Positions 9,466 through 21,988 of a DNA stretch of 64,000 nt are shown here, piece after piece. The stretch covers positions 128,001 to 192,000 of the forward strand of contig JALVSY010000030.1 in the NCBI GenBank assembly GCA_027036135.1, read 5' to 3'. Made by a program: the position numbers and the translations under genes. The notes under the pieces were generated by a model, which searched no databases, had not been told where the DNA came from, and was given only the letters and a program-made list of their open reading frames with translations. The stretch is from Pyrodictiaceae archaeon. GTDB taxonomy: Archaea > Thermoproteota > Thermoprotei_A > Sulfolobales > Pyrodictiaceae. Each line of letters starts with the position of its first letter. Positions within the stretch are counted from its first letter, which is position 1.

Positions 9466-10679
9466 GGGCTTCTGAGATAATTGACTTGGTAAGACTAGCT
9501 ATACGTGTACTTAGTGAGAAAAAGACGAGAAGCATATTAACAATAATAGGGATAGCGATAGGACCTACTGCTTTAGTCGCTATACTTGGCGTCGTTGAGG
9601 GATATTCTAGCTACGTTATTAACCAGATCCAGGGGCTTGGCCAGGATTTCATAATTATTATTCCGCATGCCGGGTATACACTAACACAAAGCGACGTGGA
9701 AATGATAAAGGCTATGCCTGAAGTTAAGTACGTCACACCATTCTATAGTGCACGGGTAAAAATACTACGTGGTGGAAAATACATAGATGCCACGGCTTAC
9801 GCAGTCAACCTAAATGTGTTCTTCCATGCACTCAGGAAGCTCAGAATTGAGGAGGGAGAAATACCAGCGCCAAGCGACTTTATAGGCGCTGTTGTCGGCA
9901 AATTCATAGCCTTTGACGAAAAAGGTACACAGTACTACTCCATAGGTGATGTAATAACTCTCAAGTACTATGTGATAAGAGGGGGAAGGATCACTACAAA
10001 GACGGTTAATGTCATTATACGTGGTATTTTAGCTGAGTTCGGCAACGCGTTCTTCGTTAACCCGGATACAACTGTTTTCTTGCCTCTGGCTGCTGGCAGG
10101 AGACTCTTCGGTTTTACTAAGTGGAGTGGCTTAATCATAATAGTGAAAAAACCCATCTACGTTGAAGAAGTAACTAACAAGCTTAGAAACATCTATGGAG
10201 AAAGAGCGGCCGTGATCTCATTAATAGAAATCGCCCATGTGGTTTCGTCCATAACTGCTGCCATGAAGTTCGTTACGACTGCTGCTGGTAGCGCTGCTTT
10301 CATAGTAGCTGTTACCGGTATCGCGGCCTCTATGATAACATCGGTTATGGAGCGCACACGTGAAATAGGCGTGATGAAGGCAATAGGGTTCACTAATACA
10401 GAGATAATGGTATCAATGATGATGGAATCGCTTGTAATGAGCATCATAGGCGCTTCGATAGGCCTGATCCTCGGTACTGCTGGGGCATATCTGCTTGCAA
10501 GGCAGGGAATGACTATCCACGGAGCAGAGGCATTCGTTATAAGGGCTCCGCCGAAGATAACTCCAATGCTCCTAGGAGGCTCTTTCCTCGTCACAATAGT
10601 CGTTGGCGCCATTGGTGGTCTGATACCAGCATATCAAGCTGCTAGGATTCCTCCTGCCGTCGCACTCAGATATGAGTAA
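9462..10679 (+). CDS. ABC transporter permease (MacB/FtsX family)
   Basis: RSILTIIGIAIG, SVMERTREIGVMKAIG, PAYQAARIPPAVALRYE. Confidence 0.92.
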   Translation: MRASEIIDLVRLAIRVLSEKKTRSILTIIGIAIGPTALVAILGVVEGYSSYVINQIQGLGQDFIIIIPHAGYTLTQSDVEMIKAMPEVKYVTPFYSARVKILRGGKYIDATAYAVNLNVFFHALRKLRIEEGEIPAPSDFIGAVVGKFIAFDEKGTQYYSIGDVITLKYYVIRGGRITTKTVNVIIRGILAEFGNAFFVNPDTTVFLPLAAGRRLFGFTKWSGLIIIVKKPIYVEEVTNKLRNIYGERAAVISLIEIAHVVSSITAAMKFVTTAAGSAAFIVAVTGIAASMITSVMERTREIGVMKAIGFTNTEIMVSMMMESLVMSIIGASIGLILGTAGAYLLARQGMTIHGAEAFVIRAPPKITPMLLGGSFLVTIVVGAIGGLIPAYQAARIPPAVALRYE

Positions 10680-10746
10680 ATCTCTATGACACTATTTTAG
10701 TTCTTGACATATTCCCTCCTAAGCATAGAAGGGGGCCAGAGACCAA

Positions 10747-11061
10747 ATGAGTAGGGAGTATCGAGGGAAAAGAATAGTACTATGGCCCATTAATATCGAC
10801 TCAACCGCGTCTAGATCGGAGGGGCGCAAGATCCCGTTACGCGATGCTGTGCGTAAACCACGAGCCGAGGAAATAGTTGAAGCCGCTCAGAGACTCGGCC
10901 TAAACCCTGTCACGGAGAAGACGAGGTATCCGCGTAGATGGTGGGAGCAGACTACTCGCATAACAGTTGACAAGGCTGGCTCAAAGCTCGAAACCCTTAA
11001 GATAATAGCCAGGGAGGTCAAGAAGATCCGCAAGGAAAAGAAGCTACATAGAACCAGCTAG
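10747..11061 (+). CDS. srp19: Signal recognition particle 19 kDa protein
   Basis: IVLWPINIDSTASRSEGRKIP and YPRRWW motifs. Confidence 0.9.
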   Translation: MSREYRGKRIVLWPINIDSTASRSEGRKIPLRDAVRKPRAEEIVEAAQRLGLNPVTEKTRYPRRWWEQTTRITVDKAGSKLETLKIIAREVKKIRKEKKLHRTS

Positions 11062-11163
11062 TTTAGATATTTGTTCGCCGCGGGGAAACCACTATTACTC
11101 CAAACAGCGTCCTATGCCCTATCATGGAACCTTCTCCTCACTACTCCTTCGAGGTGACCCTAT

Positions 11164-13796
<2,633 letters not shown>

Positions 13797-13841
13797 TAAC
13801 AATACCACAAGAGGGTTTACGCCGCCAAGGGGGCGGAGGCC

Positions 13842-14150
13842 ATGCCTGGGACTAATCATAGCAGAAGATACTGGCTTCTTGCACGCCCGGGAATACTAAG
13901 AATACTCGCAATACTCTACGAGAATGGCTCAATGCCTCTTCACCATATACCACGCTATGGGATGGGAGTTGGGACGACCTATAGGAGTGCTAGAGAAGCC
14001 GCTATGCTTGGACTAATAAACTTATATCATTGCGGTAATAGTAAGTGTGCTAAGCTCACACCAGATGGCGAGAAGGTGGCTAAGAAGCTAAAGGAACTAC
14101 TCGACGTGCTTGAGGAGCTTAAGCTCATAGAGCCTAAGCCGACACAGTGA
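13842..14150 (+). CDS. Small winged-helix hypothetical protein
   Basis: LRILAILYENG...KLTPDGEKVAKKL wHTH-like pattern; GGAGG RBS. Confidence 0.55.
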   Translation: MPGTNHSRRYWLLARPGILRILAILYENGSMPLHHIPRYGMGVGTTYRSAREAAMLGLINLYHCGNSKCAKLTPDGEKVAKKLKELLDVLEELKLIEPKPTQ

Positions 14151-14210
14151 GAGCCCTAGTGCATATCATGCGTAAGGGATATCAATTACGTTCCTTCTAT
14201 CCTGTTCTCT

Positions 14211-14272
14211 GGGCCGTTGAGGAGCTGTCGCCCACACCGATCGATGCGGATGTCAGCCTGGCCCTGAGGCCC
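14211..14272 (+). ncRNA. Box C/D guide sRNA, antisense to the 3' end of the Fur gene
   Basis: Stem GGGCC/GGCCC; C TTGAGGA 14217-23; guide GCTGTCGCCCACA; D' CCGA; C' ATGCGGA; guide TGTCAGCCTGGCC; D CTGA 14264-67. Confidence 0.78.
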
Positions 14273-14708
14273 CGCACTCTACATAGAGTATCATATTTCG
14301 TATCCTTGCCTTGCCTAGCTTTGATGAAAGCTTTTCTTTTATAATATTTACAACCTCCTCGTCGTCCAGGTCGAAGGCCTTACCAGTATCTATACAGACT
14401 ACATTAATATGGTCATGTATATCGTCGTAACGAGTCTCGCCAGCCACATCAAAGCTCTTTATTAAGCCTAGTTGCTCAAGGAGCTGTAAATTGTTATACA
14501 CAGTACTTGGACTTATACCTGGCATCGAGGAACGTACCTTTTCCAATATCTGCATAAAACTTGGATGATCCTTTATGTTCTCAAAGACAATCTTAGCTAT
14601 AGCCAGTCTCTGAGCAGTTATTCTGAGCCCTCTACGCCTAAGCTCCATAACGAGTTTCGTGAGCTTCTCGTCAACATTGCCTTGTTCCAACAAGGACACC
14701 CGCAACAA
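14253..14708 (-). CDS. Fur/PerR family transcriptional regulator
   Basis: GLRITAQRLAI, HPS, ISPSTVYNNL, RYD..HDHINVVC. Confidence 0.88.
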   Translation of the reverse strand: MLRVSLLEQGNVDEKLTKLVMELRRRGLRITAQRLAIAKIVFENIKDHPSFMQILEKVRSSMPGISPSTVYNNLQLLEQLGLIKSFDVAGETRYDDIHDHINVVCIDTGKAFDLDDEEVVNIIKEKLSSKLGKARIRNMILYVECGASGPG

Positions 14709-14842
14709 GTTCTACCAAGTACCAGTTATGGTTTTGAACCTTGTATAAATTTTTCGGGAAACAACACAACCGGCAAAGAGTCATCGGCTAAAGGAATTAT
14801 CCTCATAGCCCATGGTGGGCTCTGGCTGGGGAGTACTCCTCA

Positions 14843-16213
14843 TCAATTACTGGGCTCGGCTTTCCTAACTATAAGTATGCTTCCATCCTTGTCTAGAACT
14901 ATTATATGGTCGCCCTTCTTTATTGGCTCGTCTCCCTTGTTAATTGCCTGCCAGTACTCGCCCTCAACCATTACAAAGCCAGTGCCTCCGACCGGGATAT
15001 CATCTATGGCCCTTCCACGTTTACCGATGACGCTAGGCGTGTAAACGGGTTTCATTCTCCATGCACGCACAGCCTTATAAATAACTATTGATGCTAAGCC
15101 GCTAAGAGGAAGTATTATTGCTAGAAGCGTATAGAATGCTGCACGCATAGCGCTACCTGCTATATAGACGGGCTTACTAGTAAACATCATAAAGGCTCCA
15201 ATGATTAAAAGTATTATACCAGTTATGCCGACAACGCCGAAGCCAGGTATAATAAAGAGCTCGATAAACAACATTACGAGCCCAGTGAGCAGAACCACTA
15301 CCGCTAATATACTCGTGCTAAAGCCATAGCTGAAGAAGCCCAAGATTATTAGCGCTAATGCGAGACTCACAAACGCCAAGTGATGAGTAGCCAAAGCCAA
15401 TAAGAGAATTATGAATCCAAGGCTTGTAAGCAGCGAGCCTATGAAGGGGTCTGATAACCAGTGCGCTAGCTTAAGCCCTGCTGGCATCTCGTAATAAATC
15501 AGCCTAACACTGTGAAGTACTATTACTTGCTCTCTGCCAAACATGTACACCGTCGAGCCATTAACCTTTGCAAGCAAATCACCTAGGTTAGTTGCAATAG
15601 CCTCTATTACATGGTACTTCTTTGCCTCCTCGGCATCAAGCACGAGGTTGTGATACACAAACGCCCTTGCTACAGTAGCATTCCGGTGATGCATCTTCAT
15701 ACAAACCTCTATCTCCTTATATACAGGGTTAAGGATCTTAGACTCGTTAACAGGCACGTATTCTCCCAAAGGACTCATCATAACTGGCTGGACTGCACCA
15801 ATAATGGTGCCTGGCTGCATTGCCGCATAATGTGTACACATAAGTATCATCGTACCAGCACTAACAGCCCACCTATCAACTACGTATCCTACTACAGGTA
15901 TAGGACTTTCGCGAAGAGTGGTTATTATCTTCAGAGCTGCCTCAAGACTACCTCCCGGAGTATTAAGCTCAAGTACGACTATCTTTGCCCCAATACTCTC
16001 AGCATAACTAATTAGTTGCGACACGTAATCAGCCACTGAGTCATCTATTACACCATTGATTCTACCCACAACCACGTAATCTACCTGGTTCTGTGCATAA
16101 GCCAAGACAACAATAAGTTTCAGTATAGCTCCAAGTACCAATACTGTTAATACAACATAGCCTTCTAGACGCCTTGCACGCACCAGCAACATAAATGGCC
16201 TCGCTACTCCCAA
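14843..16213 (-). CDS. nfeD: NfeD family membrane-bound serine protease (ClpP-like domain, TM region, OB fold)
   Basis: LNTPGGS, AVSAG, GTIIGAVQPV, IELFIIPGFG, VMVEGEYWQA. Confidence 0.88.
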   Translation of the reverse strand: MGVARPFMLLVRARRLEGYVVLTVLVLGAILKLIVVLAYAQNQVDYVVVGRINGVIDDSVADYVSQLISYAESIGAKIVVLELNTPGGSLEAALKIITTLRESPIPVVGYVVDRWAVSAGTMILMCTHYAAMQPGTIIGAVQPVMMSPLGEYVPVNESKILNPVYKEIEVCMKMHHRNATVARAFVYHNLVLDAEEAKKYHVIEAIATNLGDLLAKVNGSTVYMFGREQVIVLHSVRLIYYEMPAGLKLAHWLSDPFIGSLLTSLGFIILLLALATHHLAFVSLALALIILGFFSYGFSTSILAVVVLLTGLVMLFIELFIIPGFGVVGITGIILLIIGAFMMFTSKPVYIAGSAMRAAFYTLLAIILPLSGLASIVIYKAVRAWRMKPVYTPSVIGKRGRAIDDIPVGGTGFVMVEGEYWQAINKGDEPIKKGDHIIVLDKDGSILIVRKAEPSN

Positions 16214-16304
16214 TAACTCGTTACTTGTGTATCCAAGTATTAATATACTATATCAGAAATCCGATCAAATCTCCAATAGTTATGTGCACTATAAAGCTAT
16301 TCTC

Positions 16305-16529
16305 TTAACAAGTCTCAACACAAATAAAAATAATGAAAACAACGAGTGCAACGATGAGTAGGAATATAATTACCTTGACTAGCACGATTACAGCAAGATA
16401 CAGGATAGGGAAAACGATGCCAAATAGGATACTATACTTAATTATAGATGCTAGGTCCTCCTCCCGAGATAAGGCGTAAAGAACACCTATTACTATCCCA
16501 ATTATTGCTAGAAACGTTATCGGCCCTAT
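16305..16529 (-). CDS. Small hydrophobic membrane protein (putative ATA start; absent from the ORF track)
   Basis: Open frame IGPITFLAIIGIVIGVLYALSREEDLASIIKYSILFGIVFPILYLAVIVLVKVIIFLLIVALVVF... with GGTG about 7 nt upstream. Confidence 0.5.
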   Translation of the reverse strand: MGPITFLAIIGIVIGVLYALSREEDLASIIKYSILFGIVFPILYLAVIVLVKVIIFLLIVALVVFIIFICVETC

Positions 16530-16612
16530 GAACTACACCATATCTAGAACCAAACCTACACGGGCTAGAATAAAACTATTTGTTAGAAAATTGTCACCCC
16601 TGCTATAGACGG

Positions 16613-16816
16613 CTACACGGTTACCCTCCTAGGCTCCCTTCTCGGCGCAAACTCAAAGCCAGTTGGATGCTCCGGTATCCCCCAGAGCTCTCTTTTTAGT
16701 AGTTCCCTTACAGCTATTCTTATTGCCTCACTCCTACTGCTATACCTACCCATTTTAACTAGCTCATCAAGGCCCTCTAAGTACGTCTCCGGCATCTTAA
16801 CAGTTACGAGTCTCAT
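16613..16816 (-). CDS. CopG/ribbon-helix-helix transcriptional regulator
   Basis: MRLVTVKMPETYLEGLDELVKMGRYSSRSEAIRIAVRELL. Confidence 0.88.
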   Translation of the reverse strand: MRLVTVKMPETYLEGLDELVKMGRYSSRSEAIRIAVRELLKRELWGIPEHPTGFEFAPRREPRRVTV

Positions 16817-16954
16817 CTAGCCCCACCGCTAGGTACCATTTTGCTGATTAGTAGAGGGTTTAAACCCGAGGATGCTGTGTTACTTCTTCCACTGCTTCTC
16901 GTAGAACATCTAGAGATAGTGAATAAGAAAGGCAGGCAAGTAGAAGCTAGGGCC

Positions 16955-17314
16955 CTAGTCTGGGAAGAAGGCAGGCTTTTCAGCAAGGTCTATTATCGGG
17001 ACTGCTATCCAGCCGGGCTTAGTCCCCTTCGAGACCTCAACATGTTCTCCCTGGTCATCTACTTTGACTAGTAAGTAGTTACCATCACCGAGCTGATCTG
17101 AATCAATGTAGTAGTAGAGCATTGGTAGGCCATAGAGCTTATAGTAGTCGCGTAGGACAGCTATTATCCCATATATTTTCTTTCCGTCGCTATTGTTATA
17201 GCGAACAAGGTATGCTGGCTGCCCCAGACTTATTATTGTTGCAGCTATTCTTGCAAGGTCGTGTATGCTTGAGACTCTTACAGGTACCAGTTTCTCGCTC
17301 TGTGGCTCAGACAC
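16955..17314 (-). CDS. Conserved hypothetical protein
   Basis: Coding-like ORF in an apparent operon with the RHH gene; start moved to GTG 17314. Confidence 0.6.
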   Translation of the reverse strand: MSEPQSEKLVPVRVSSIHDLARIAATIISLGQPAYLVRYNNSDGKKIYGIIAVLRDYYKLYGLPMLYYYIDSDQLGDGNYLLVKVDDQGEHVEVSKGTKPGWIAVPIIDLAEKPAFFPD

Positions 17315-17398
17315 GCCTAGCCCCCAGAAGGTAACGGGGAAGCAGTGATAATTAAGCACTAAATATCATTAGCTTTAAGAGGGCTTCGTGTCATAGCT

Positions 17399-18214
17399 GT
17401 GCCTATGGGGCTTGGTTACATGTATTACGTGGTCATAGTTGGTCCAGCTGGTAGCGGTAAGTCTCATCTCGTTGATGCCTTGGGGGACTGGATGGAGTTT
17501 AACCAGCTAAGTGTCGCTAGGGTAAACCTTGATCCCGCAGCGGAGTGGATACCTTACGAGCCCGAGGTTGACGTAAGAGATTACGTCAGTACTCGAACAG
17601 TCATGGAGAAGTATAGGCTTGGTCCTAATGGCGCCTTGGTAGCCTCTATAGATATGTTAACCGAGCACTTGGATAAGATAAGGGAGGAAATCGAGGCAAC
17701 AAAAACGAACTATGTACTCATTGACACCCCTGGCCAGATGGAGCTATTCGCGTTCCGTGACACAGGGCCATACGTCCTCAAAGAAATAATCGGTGATAAC
17801 AGAGCCGTTGCTGTGTTTATTGTTGATGCAGTTTTCGCGTCAAATCCCAAGAGTCTTGCATCAAGCATATTCCTTGCAATGTCTACTAGACTTAGACTCG
17901 GACTCCCCCAGATTAATGCGGTAAGCAAGGCTGATCTACTACAACCGGAGAGAATGGAGGAAATAAACGAGGTTCTTAACAATCCTGACTCGCTTTACTC
18001 GGCACTCGTGTCAGCTGGGCTGGATCCGGGTCTCGCCGATGCTGCTGCACGGAGCCTTGAAGCCCTAATGCCAGAGGGGGATACAGCGCCAGCTGTTATT
18101 CGCTTCGTATCTGCTGTCTCGGGGTACGGTCTTGACGACCTCTATGCGGCTCTTCAACAAGTTCTAGCTGGAGGAGAGGACTTTTACACGGAGGAGCCTA
18201 ACCCAAGGCTATAA
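17399..18214 (+). CDS. GPN-loop GTPase
   Basis: GPAGSGKS, NLDPA, LGPNG, DTPGQMELF, SKAD. Confidence 0.92.
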   Translation: MPMGLGYMYYVVIVGPAGSGKSHLVDALGDWMEFNQLSVARVNLDPAAEWIPYEPEVDVRDYVSTRTVMEKYRLGPNGALVASIDMLTEHLDKIREEIEATKTNYVLIDTPGQMELFAFRDTGPYVLKEIIGDNRAVAVFIVDAVFASNPKSLASSIFLAMSTRLRLGLPQINAVSKADLLQPERMEEINEVLNNPDSLYSALVSAGLDPGLADAAARSLEALMPEGDTAPAVIRFVSAVSGYGLDDLYAALQQVLAGGEDFYTEEPNPRL

Positions 18215-19120
18215 CTCCTCGAGGCACCCGATTACCCTCCCTACTACTTGGTGCGCTGACTCGCCAAAGACGTATATCACTGGCTCGAGTCCGTAACCAC
18301 CTTTATCGGCTATGATATCTACTGGTGCATTATGTGAATTAATTATTTCTTCTATATTTCTTAGCAATTCGTCAGGGCTGCTATGAGGCCCGGAGAAGAG
18401 GACCACTAATCCCCTCTTTTTAAAGAAGTCTATGCATTTATCATTATACGCTATCACCATAGCTGCGCGCTTCCTAGGCCACTTCCTATGAACCGTTAGA
18501 AGTACTTGTGCAGTATGCCTGCTTCCCCCATAGACAGGTGAGCCTATTGTAACTACTTGTTTTCCTGCCTTAATTATCCCGCCAGTAAGCCCCACAACAT
18601 CCGAGACAGAGCTAGCACCATGCCTTACCGCTACTATATTAGAGCCAACATTGGGTACAACCATGTATGCTTTTGGATGCTGTGTAAACGCCTTTATAGC
18701 CTCCTCAACCTCTGCTACTACTATATCTTTTGATGGCGCAAAGGCTTGACGACATATATCACAGCCGAGCGGCAACCTAGGCTCTATCGCTCTATGAAAC
18801 TTACAGAGGTCCCCACGAGCCAGTACCGAGTTTACATAGCTGGTAAATGCACTGTAGTACTCCAGTATACTACCTCTTTCGAGTAAGGCAGATAAGAGAT
18901 CAATAATGCTCTTCGCCTCAACTATACTAAGGCCATACTTCTCCAGCTCGCCAAATAAGCTTTCTTTGCTGCGTCTAAGATACTTGCTCACCATTGGCTG
19001 TGACACGCCTAATAAACGCGCTATTCTCTCTTGGCTAAACCCTCTAGATGCAAGCTTATGTGCAATAAGCGCTTTGATTACTGGTGCAATGTATTTTGCT
19101 ACTAGCTCGTGCGGCAGCAA
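18209..19120 (-). CDS. HTH-ThiN fusion transcriptional regulator (ThiR-like)
   Basis: SQERIARLLGVSQPMVSKYL HTH, a C..H..C..C linker, and a ThiN-like domain (PNVGSNI, YGGSRHTA, DKGGYGLEP). Confidence 0.8.
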   Translation of the reverse strand: MLPHELVAKYIAPVIKALIAHKLASRGFSQERIARLLGVSQPMVSKYLRRSKESLFGELEKYGLSIVEAKSIIDLLSALLERGSILEYYSAFTSYVNSVLARGDLCKFHRAIEPRLPLGCDICRQAFAPSKDIVVAEVEEAIKAFTQHPKAYMVVPNVGSNIVAVRHGASSVSDVVGLTGGIIKAGKQVVTIGSPVYGGSRHTAQVLLTVHRKWPRKRAAMVIAYNDKCIDFFKKRGLVVLFSGPHSSPDELLRNIEEIINSHNAPVDIIADKGGYGLEPVIYVFGESAHQVVGRVIGCLEEL

Positions 19121-19268
19121 TGTAGCCCTCTCCTACCCCTACCAATACTTATGGAACTGTATGTTATGTGGTTCATAAAAACATTACTCCTATTAAGCAT
19201 CTACTCCATGCTATAAATTATGATAACCGTAATAGCGAAAATGCCCCGAGAACGGTGTTGAACCAATA

Positions 19269-20549
19269 GTGACTAAAAGCGGCACAACCCTCGTAAAGAA
19301 CAAGGGGTTTTCCTTGAGCCGGGTTCTCGGTAGGAAGGACTTAGATGAACTAAAGGACTACATTATTAGTCTTTATTCAAAATTTATCCCAGTAAAAGCA
19401 TTACCACCCGAGCTAGGAGGCGAGGGAGAGGCTAGAAGAGCAGAGATTCTAGAGGGGGAGCTAAGAGGACTTGGGCTCGAGGTAGAGCGCGTAGATGCTC
19501 CCGATGACAGAGTCCCAGATGGCTATAGACCGAATATAGCGGCCTTGCTAAGAGGGAAGCAAGGCAATAAGACTCTTTGGATAGTTGCTCACATGGATAC
19601 TGTTCCCGAAGGCGACATATCTCTTTGGAAGTACCCGCCGTATAAGGTGACTATCGAGGGTGACTACATTTACGGCAGAGGAGTAGAGGATGATGGCCAG
19701 GCAATAGTACTTGCACTCGGTGCTGCAAAGTACCTTGTTGAAAAAGGAGAGAAGCCGCGCATTAACCTAGGCATAGCATTTGTTAGCGATGAGGAGGTTG
19801 GAAGCCGTTATGGACTCCTATATTTGTTAAAGAAGGATATTTTTACGAGGTATAGCGAAGAAAACTATTTCCTCGTCCCCGATGCCGGCAGCCCCGATGG
19901 CTCAAAGGTAATAGTTGCAGAGAAACACATACTTCACTTCAAGGTAACAGTGAGGGGTAAACAAGCACATGCAAGCATGCCTCATGCGGGATTGAATGCG
20001 CATCGTCTTGGAATGATATTTAACCTAGGTCTCGACGAGGTTATTCACTCAACGCTCAGAGAGCACGATGATCTTTATGATCCTCCTGTGTCAACTTGTG
20101 AGCCCACCCGTAAAGAGGAAAATGTAGGCAATATCAACACTATCCCTGGGACTGACATCGTCTACTGGGACTGTAGAATACTCCCAAAAAGAGACATTAA
20201 AGACGTGGTAGAGACGCTGAAGTCTTATGCCTATTACTTTAGCTCGAGGACTGGTGCAAAAGTAGAGATAGACATACTAGGCTACGATGATGCAGGTGAG
20301 CCAACAAGCCTAGATAATGTCTTTGTAAAGAACTTTTTAGCATCAATAGAGGAGACTAGGGGCGTAAAACCAAAAGCCATCGGAATCGGGGGAGGCACTG
20401 TTGCTCGATACTTACGTAAACAAGGCTATCCTGCAATAGTATGGATGACTTGCGATGAAACTGCCCATCAACCTAATGAGTATACGAGGCTAAGCTATAT
20501 ACTGGCCGATATCGAGACCGTGCTCTACTACTTGTTAAGGAAGGCATAA
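19269..20549 (+). CDS. M20 family metallohydrolase (ArgE/DapE-like)
   Basis: AHMDTVP, GRGVEDD, DEEVGS, GKQAHAS, AHQPNE. Confidence 0.88.
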   Translation: MTKSGTTLVKNKGFSLSRVLGRKDLDELKDYIISLYSKFIPVKALPPELGGEGEARRAEILEGELRGLGLEVERVDAPDDRVPDGYRPNIAALLRGKQGNKTLWIVAHMDTVPEGDISLWKYPPYKVTIEGDYIYGRGVEDDGQAIVLALGAAKYLVEKGEKPRINLGIAFVSDEEVGSRYGLLYLLKKDIFTRYSEENYFLVPDAGSPDGSKVIVAEKHILHFKVTVRGKQAHASMPHAGLNAHRLGMIFNLGLDEVIHSTLREHDDLYDPPVSTCEPTRKEENVGNINTIPGTDIVYWDCRILPKRDIKDVVETLKSYAYYFSSRTGAKVEIDILGYDDAGEPTSLDNVFVKNFLASIEETRGVKPKAIGIGGGTVARYLRKQGYPAIVWMTCDETAHQPNEYTRLSYILADIETVLYYLLRKA

Positions 20550-20564
20550 ACTTCTCGGCACAAG

Positions 20565-21104
20565 TTGCAAGGAGGGACATTCCTAATGCCAAGACCGAGG
20601 CTTAGTCTAGGAAAATACTTCACTATTCCTTACTCTGTGTTTGAGATGTTGATGCAGATGCGGGGAGCAATTGACCCTGATAGTGGCCAGATAGTTTGTC
20701 ACTTCCTAGACTTAGGGGTAACAGTACTTGATACAGAAGGTGGCTCTGTCCCATTCATAGTAATTGATGGCTGCTTATTCGCGACATTTGGCAAGGAGAA
20801 CATCGAGAACATACTTGGTGCCGAAGCCGCTGTGGAAGTGGATAATATACGTGTTGATAGAGGAAGGATTGTGTTCGGTGATGTTGAGATAGATAATTAT
20901 TGGGGTCCTATAGCTCTAGCCTTTGCTGCCGAGACAGGTGCTCCTATAAAAACCTATAAGCTATACATAGACGTTGATGGCAAGGAGGCACCGATTGCAG
21001 CGATACTGGTTGAGAACACCGACGCAGGCCCAATGCTTATACTAATACCCAGGAGCTGTGAGTACGTAGAGGAAGGCGAGGAGAAGCCATTAACTCATCT
21101 CTAG
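20565..21104 (+). CDS. Hypothetical protein
   Basis: Acidic ORF directly after the M20 gene; GGAGG RBS before ATG 20586. Confidence 0.6.
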   Translation: MQGGTFLMPRPRLSLGKYFTIPYSVFEMLMQMRGAIDPDSGQIVCHFLDLGVTVLDTEGGSVPFIVIDGCLFATFGKENIENILGAEAAVEVDNIRVDRGRIVFGDVEIDNYWGPIALAFAAETGAPIKTYKLYIDVDGKEAPIAAILVENTDAGPMLILIPRSCEYVEEGEEKPLTHL

Positions 21105-21106
21105 CA

Positions 21107-21907
21107 CTATTTCCCGGGGCACTCGTTGCACTCACATAGTGTTCGTAGAGCTTCTGCCTCTACTGGGTGTAATCGAGGAGCAGTTACTATAAGACTATGA
21201 GGTGGCGAGGGAAACTCCTCTTCTAGTAACGTGCTTGGCTTACCAGCCTTGCACTTGGCGTCGGGAAGACCTGCACGTGCAACACCGACCAGTATAGCGG
21301 ATACTATACGAGGCTCCACTCTTCTTTCGGCTGCTAGTTCGTCCTCGAGTCTTAGCAATATCTCTACGGCTTCGTTTATCGTCATAGCCCTGTTCTCGTC
21401 GAGGCGTAGGTCAAGCAACACAAGGCTGTGAAGATTCCTAGCCATGTTATCCCATATGGTTTCTACGACGCTAAACGGCTTGAAAGCCTCCGGGTATACG
21501 AGTGTTATAGGGTGACAAAACTTGTAGAACTGGAGCCCAGTAGCATCTATTACAGCTTGTATACCGGAGACACCGGGGACTACCTCCACGTCAACACCTT
21601 TACTCACAGCCTCGAGAACGAGAGAGACATGAGTTGTAGCGAATAAGGGATCCCCCGGAACCAGTAAAACAACGTTAAGCATCTTAGCTTCCTCTATGAT
21701 CCTATGAGACTCGTTTTCGAGAAGCTTCCTACTAGCATGAATTACCTCGGCACCAGGGGCATAGACCTCAACATTGCTTCTTTCAAGGCCGGGAGCTATG
21801 CTTGTATAAGTATCTATGTAGACCTTGTCGGCACGTTTCAGTAACTCTATGGCTTTAAGGCTCAAATACTCTATTGAAGGGCCTGCACCTACAACATATA
21901 GCGCCAA
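21107..21907 (-). CDS. dph5: Diphthine synthase
   Basis: YIDTYTS, GDPLFATTH, GLQFYKF, LHSLVLLD, PPHSLIV. Confidence 0.92.
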   Translation of the reverse strand: MALYVVGAGPSIEYLSLKAIELLKRADKVYIDTYTSIAPGLERSNVEVYAPGAEVIHASRKLLENESHRIIEEAKMLNVVLLVPGDPLFATTHVSLVLEAVSKGVDVEVVPGVSGIQAVIDATGLQFYKFCHPITLVYPEAFKPFSVVETIWDNMARNLHSLVLLDLRLDENRAMTINEAVEILLRLEDELAAERRVEPRIVSAILVGVARAGLPDAKCKAGKPSTLLEEEFPSPPHSLIVTAPRLHPVEAEALRTLCECNECPGK

Positions 21908-21988
21908 GCTGTGCCTACCCTGTTACGCCCTATGTGCCAGCTGAGTAAAAATATGGAGAGCTACCGGGAGAACCTTGGTAGGAAGAGG

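Noticed and set aside
14147-14344. 65-aa plus-strand ORF
   Set aside because: Overlaps fur antisense and the sRNA, with no protein-like features
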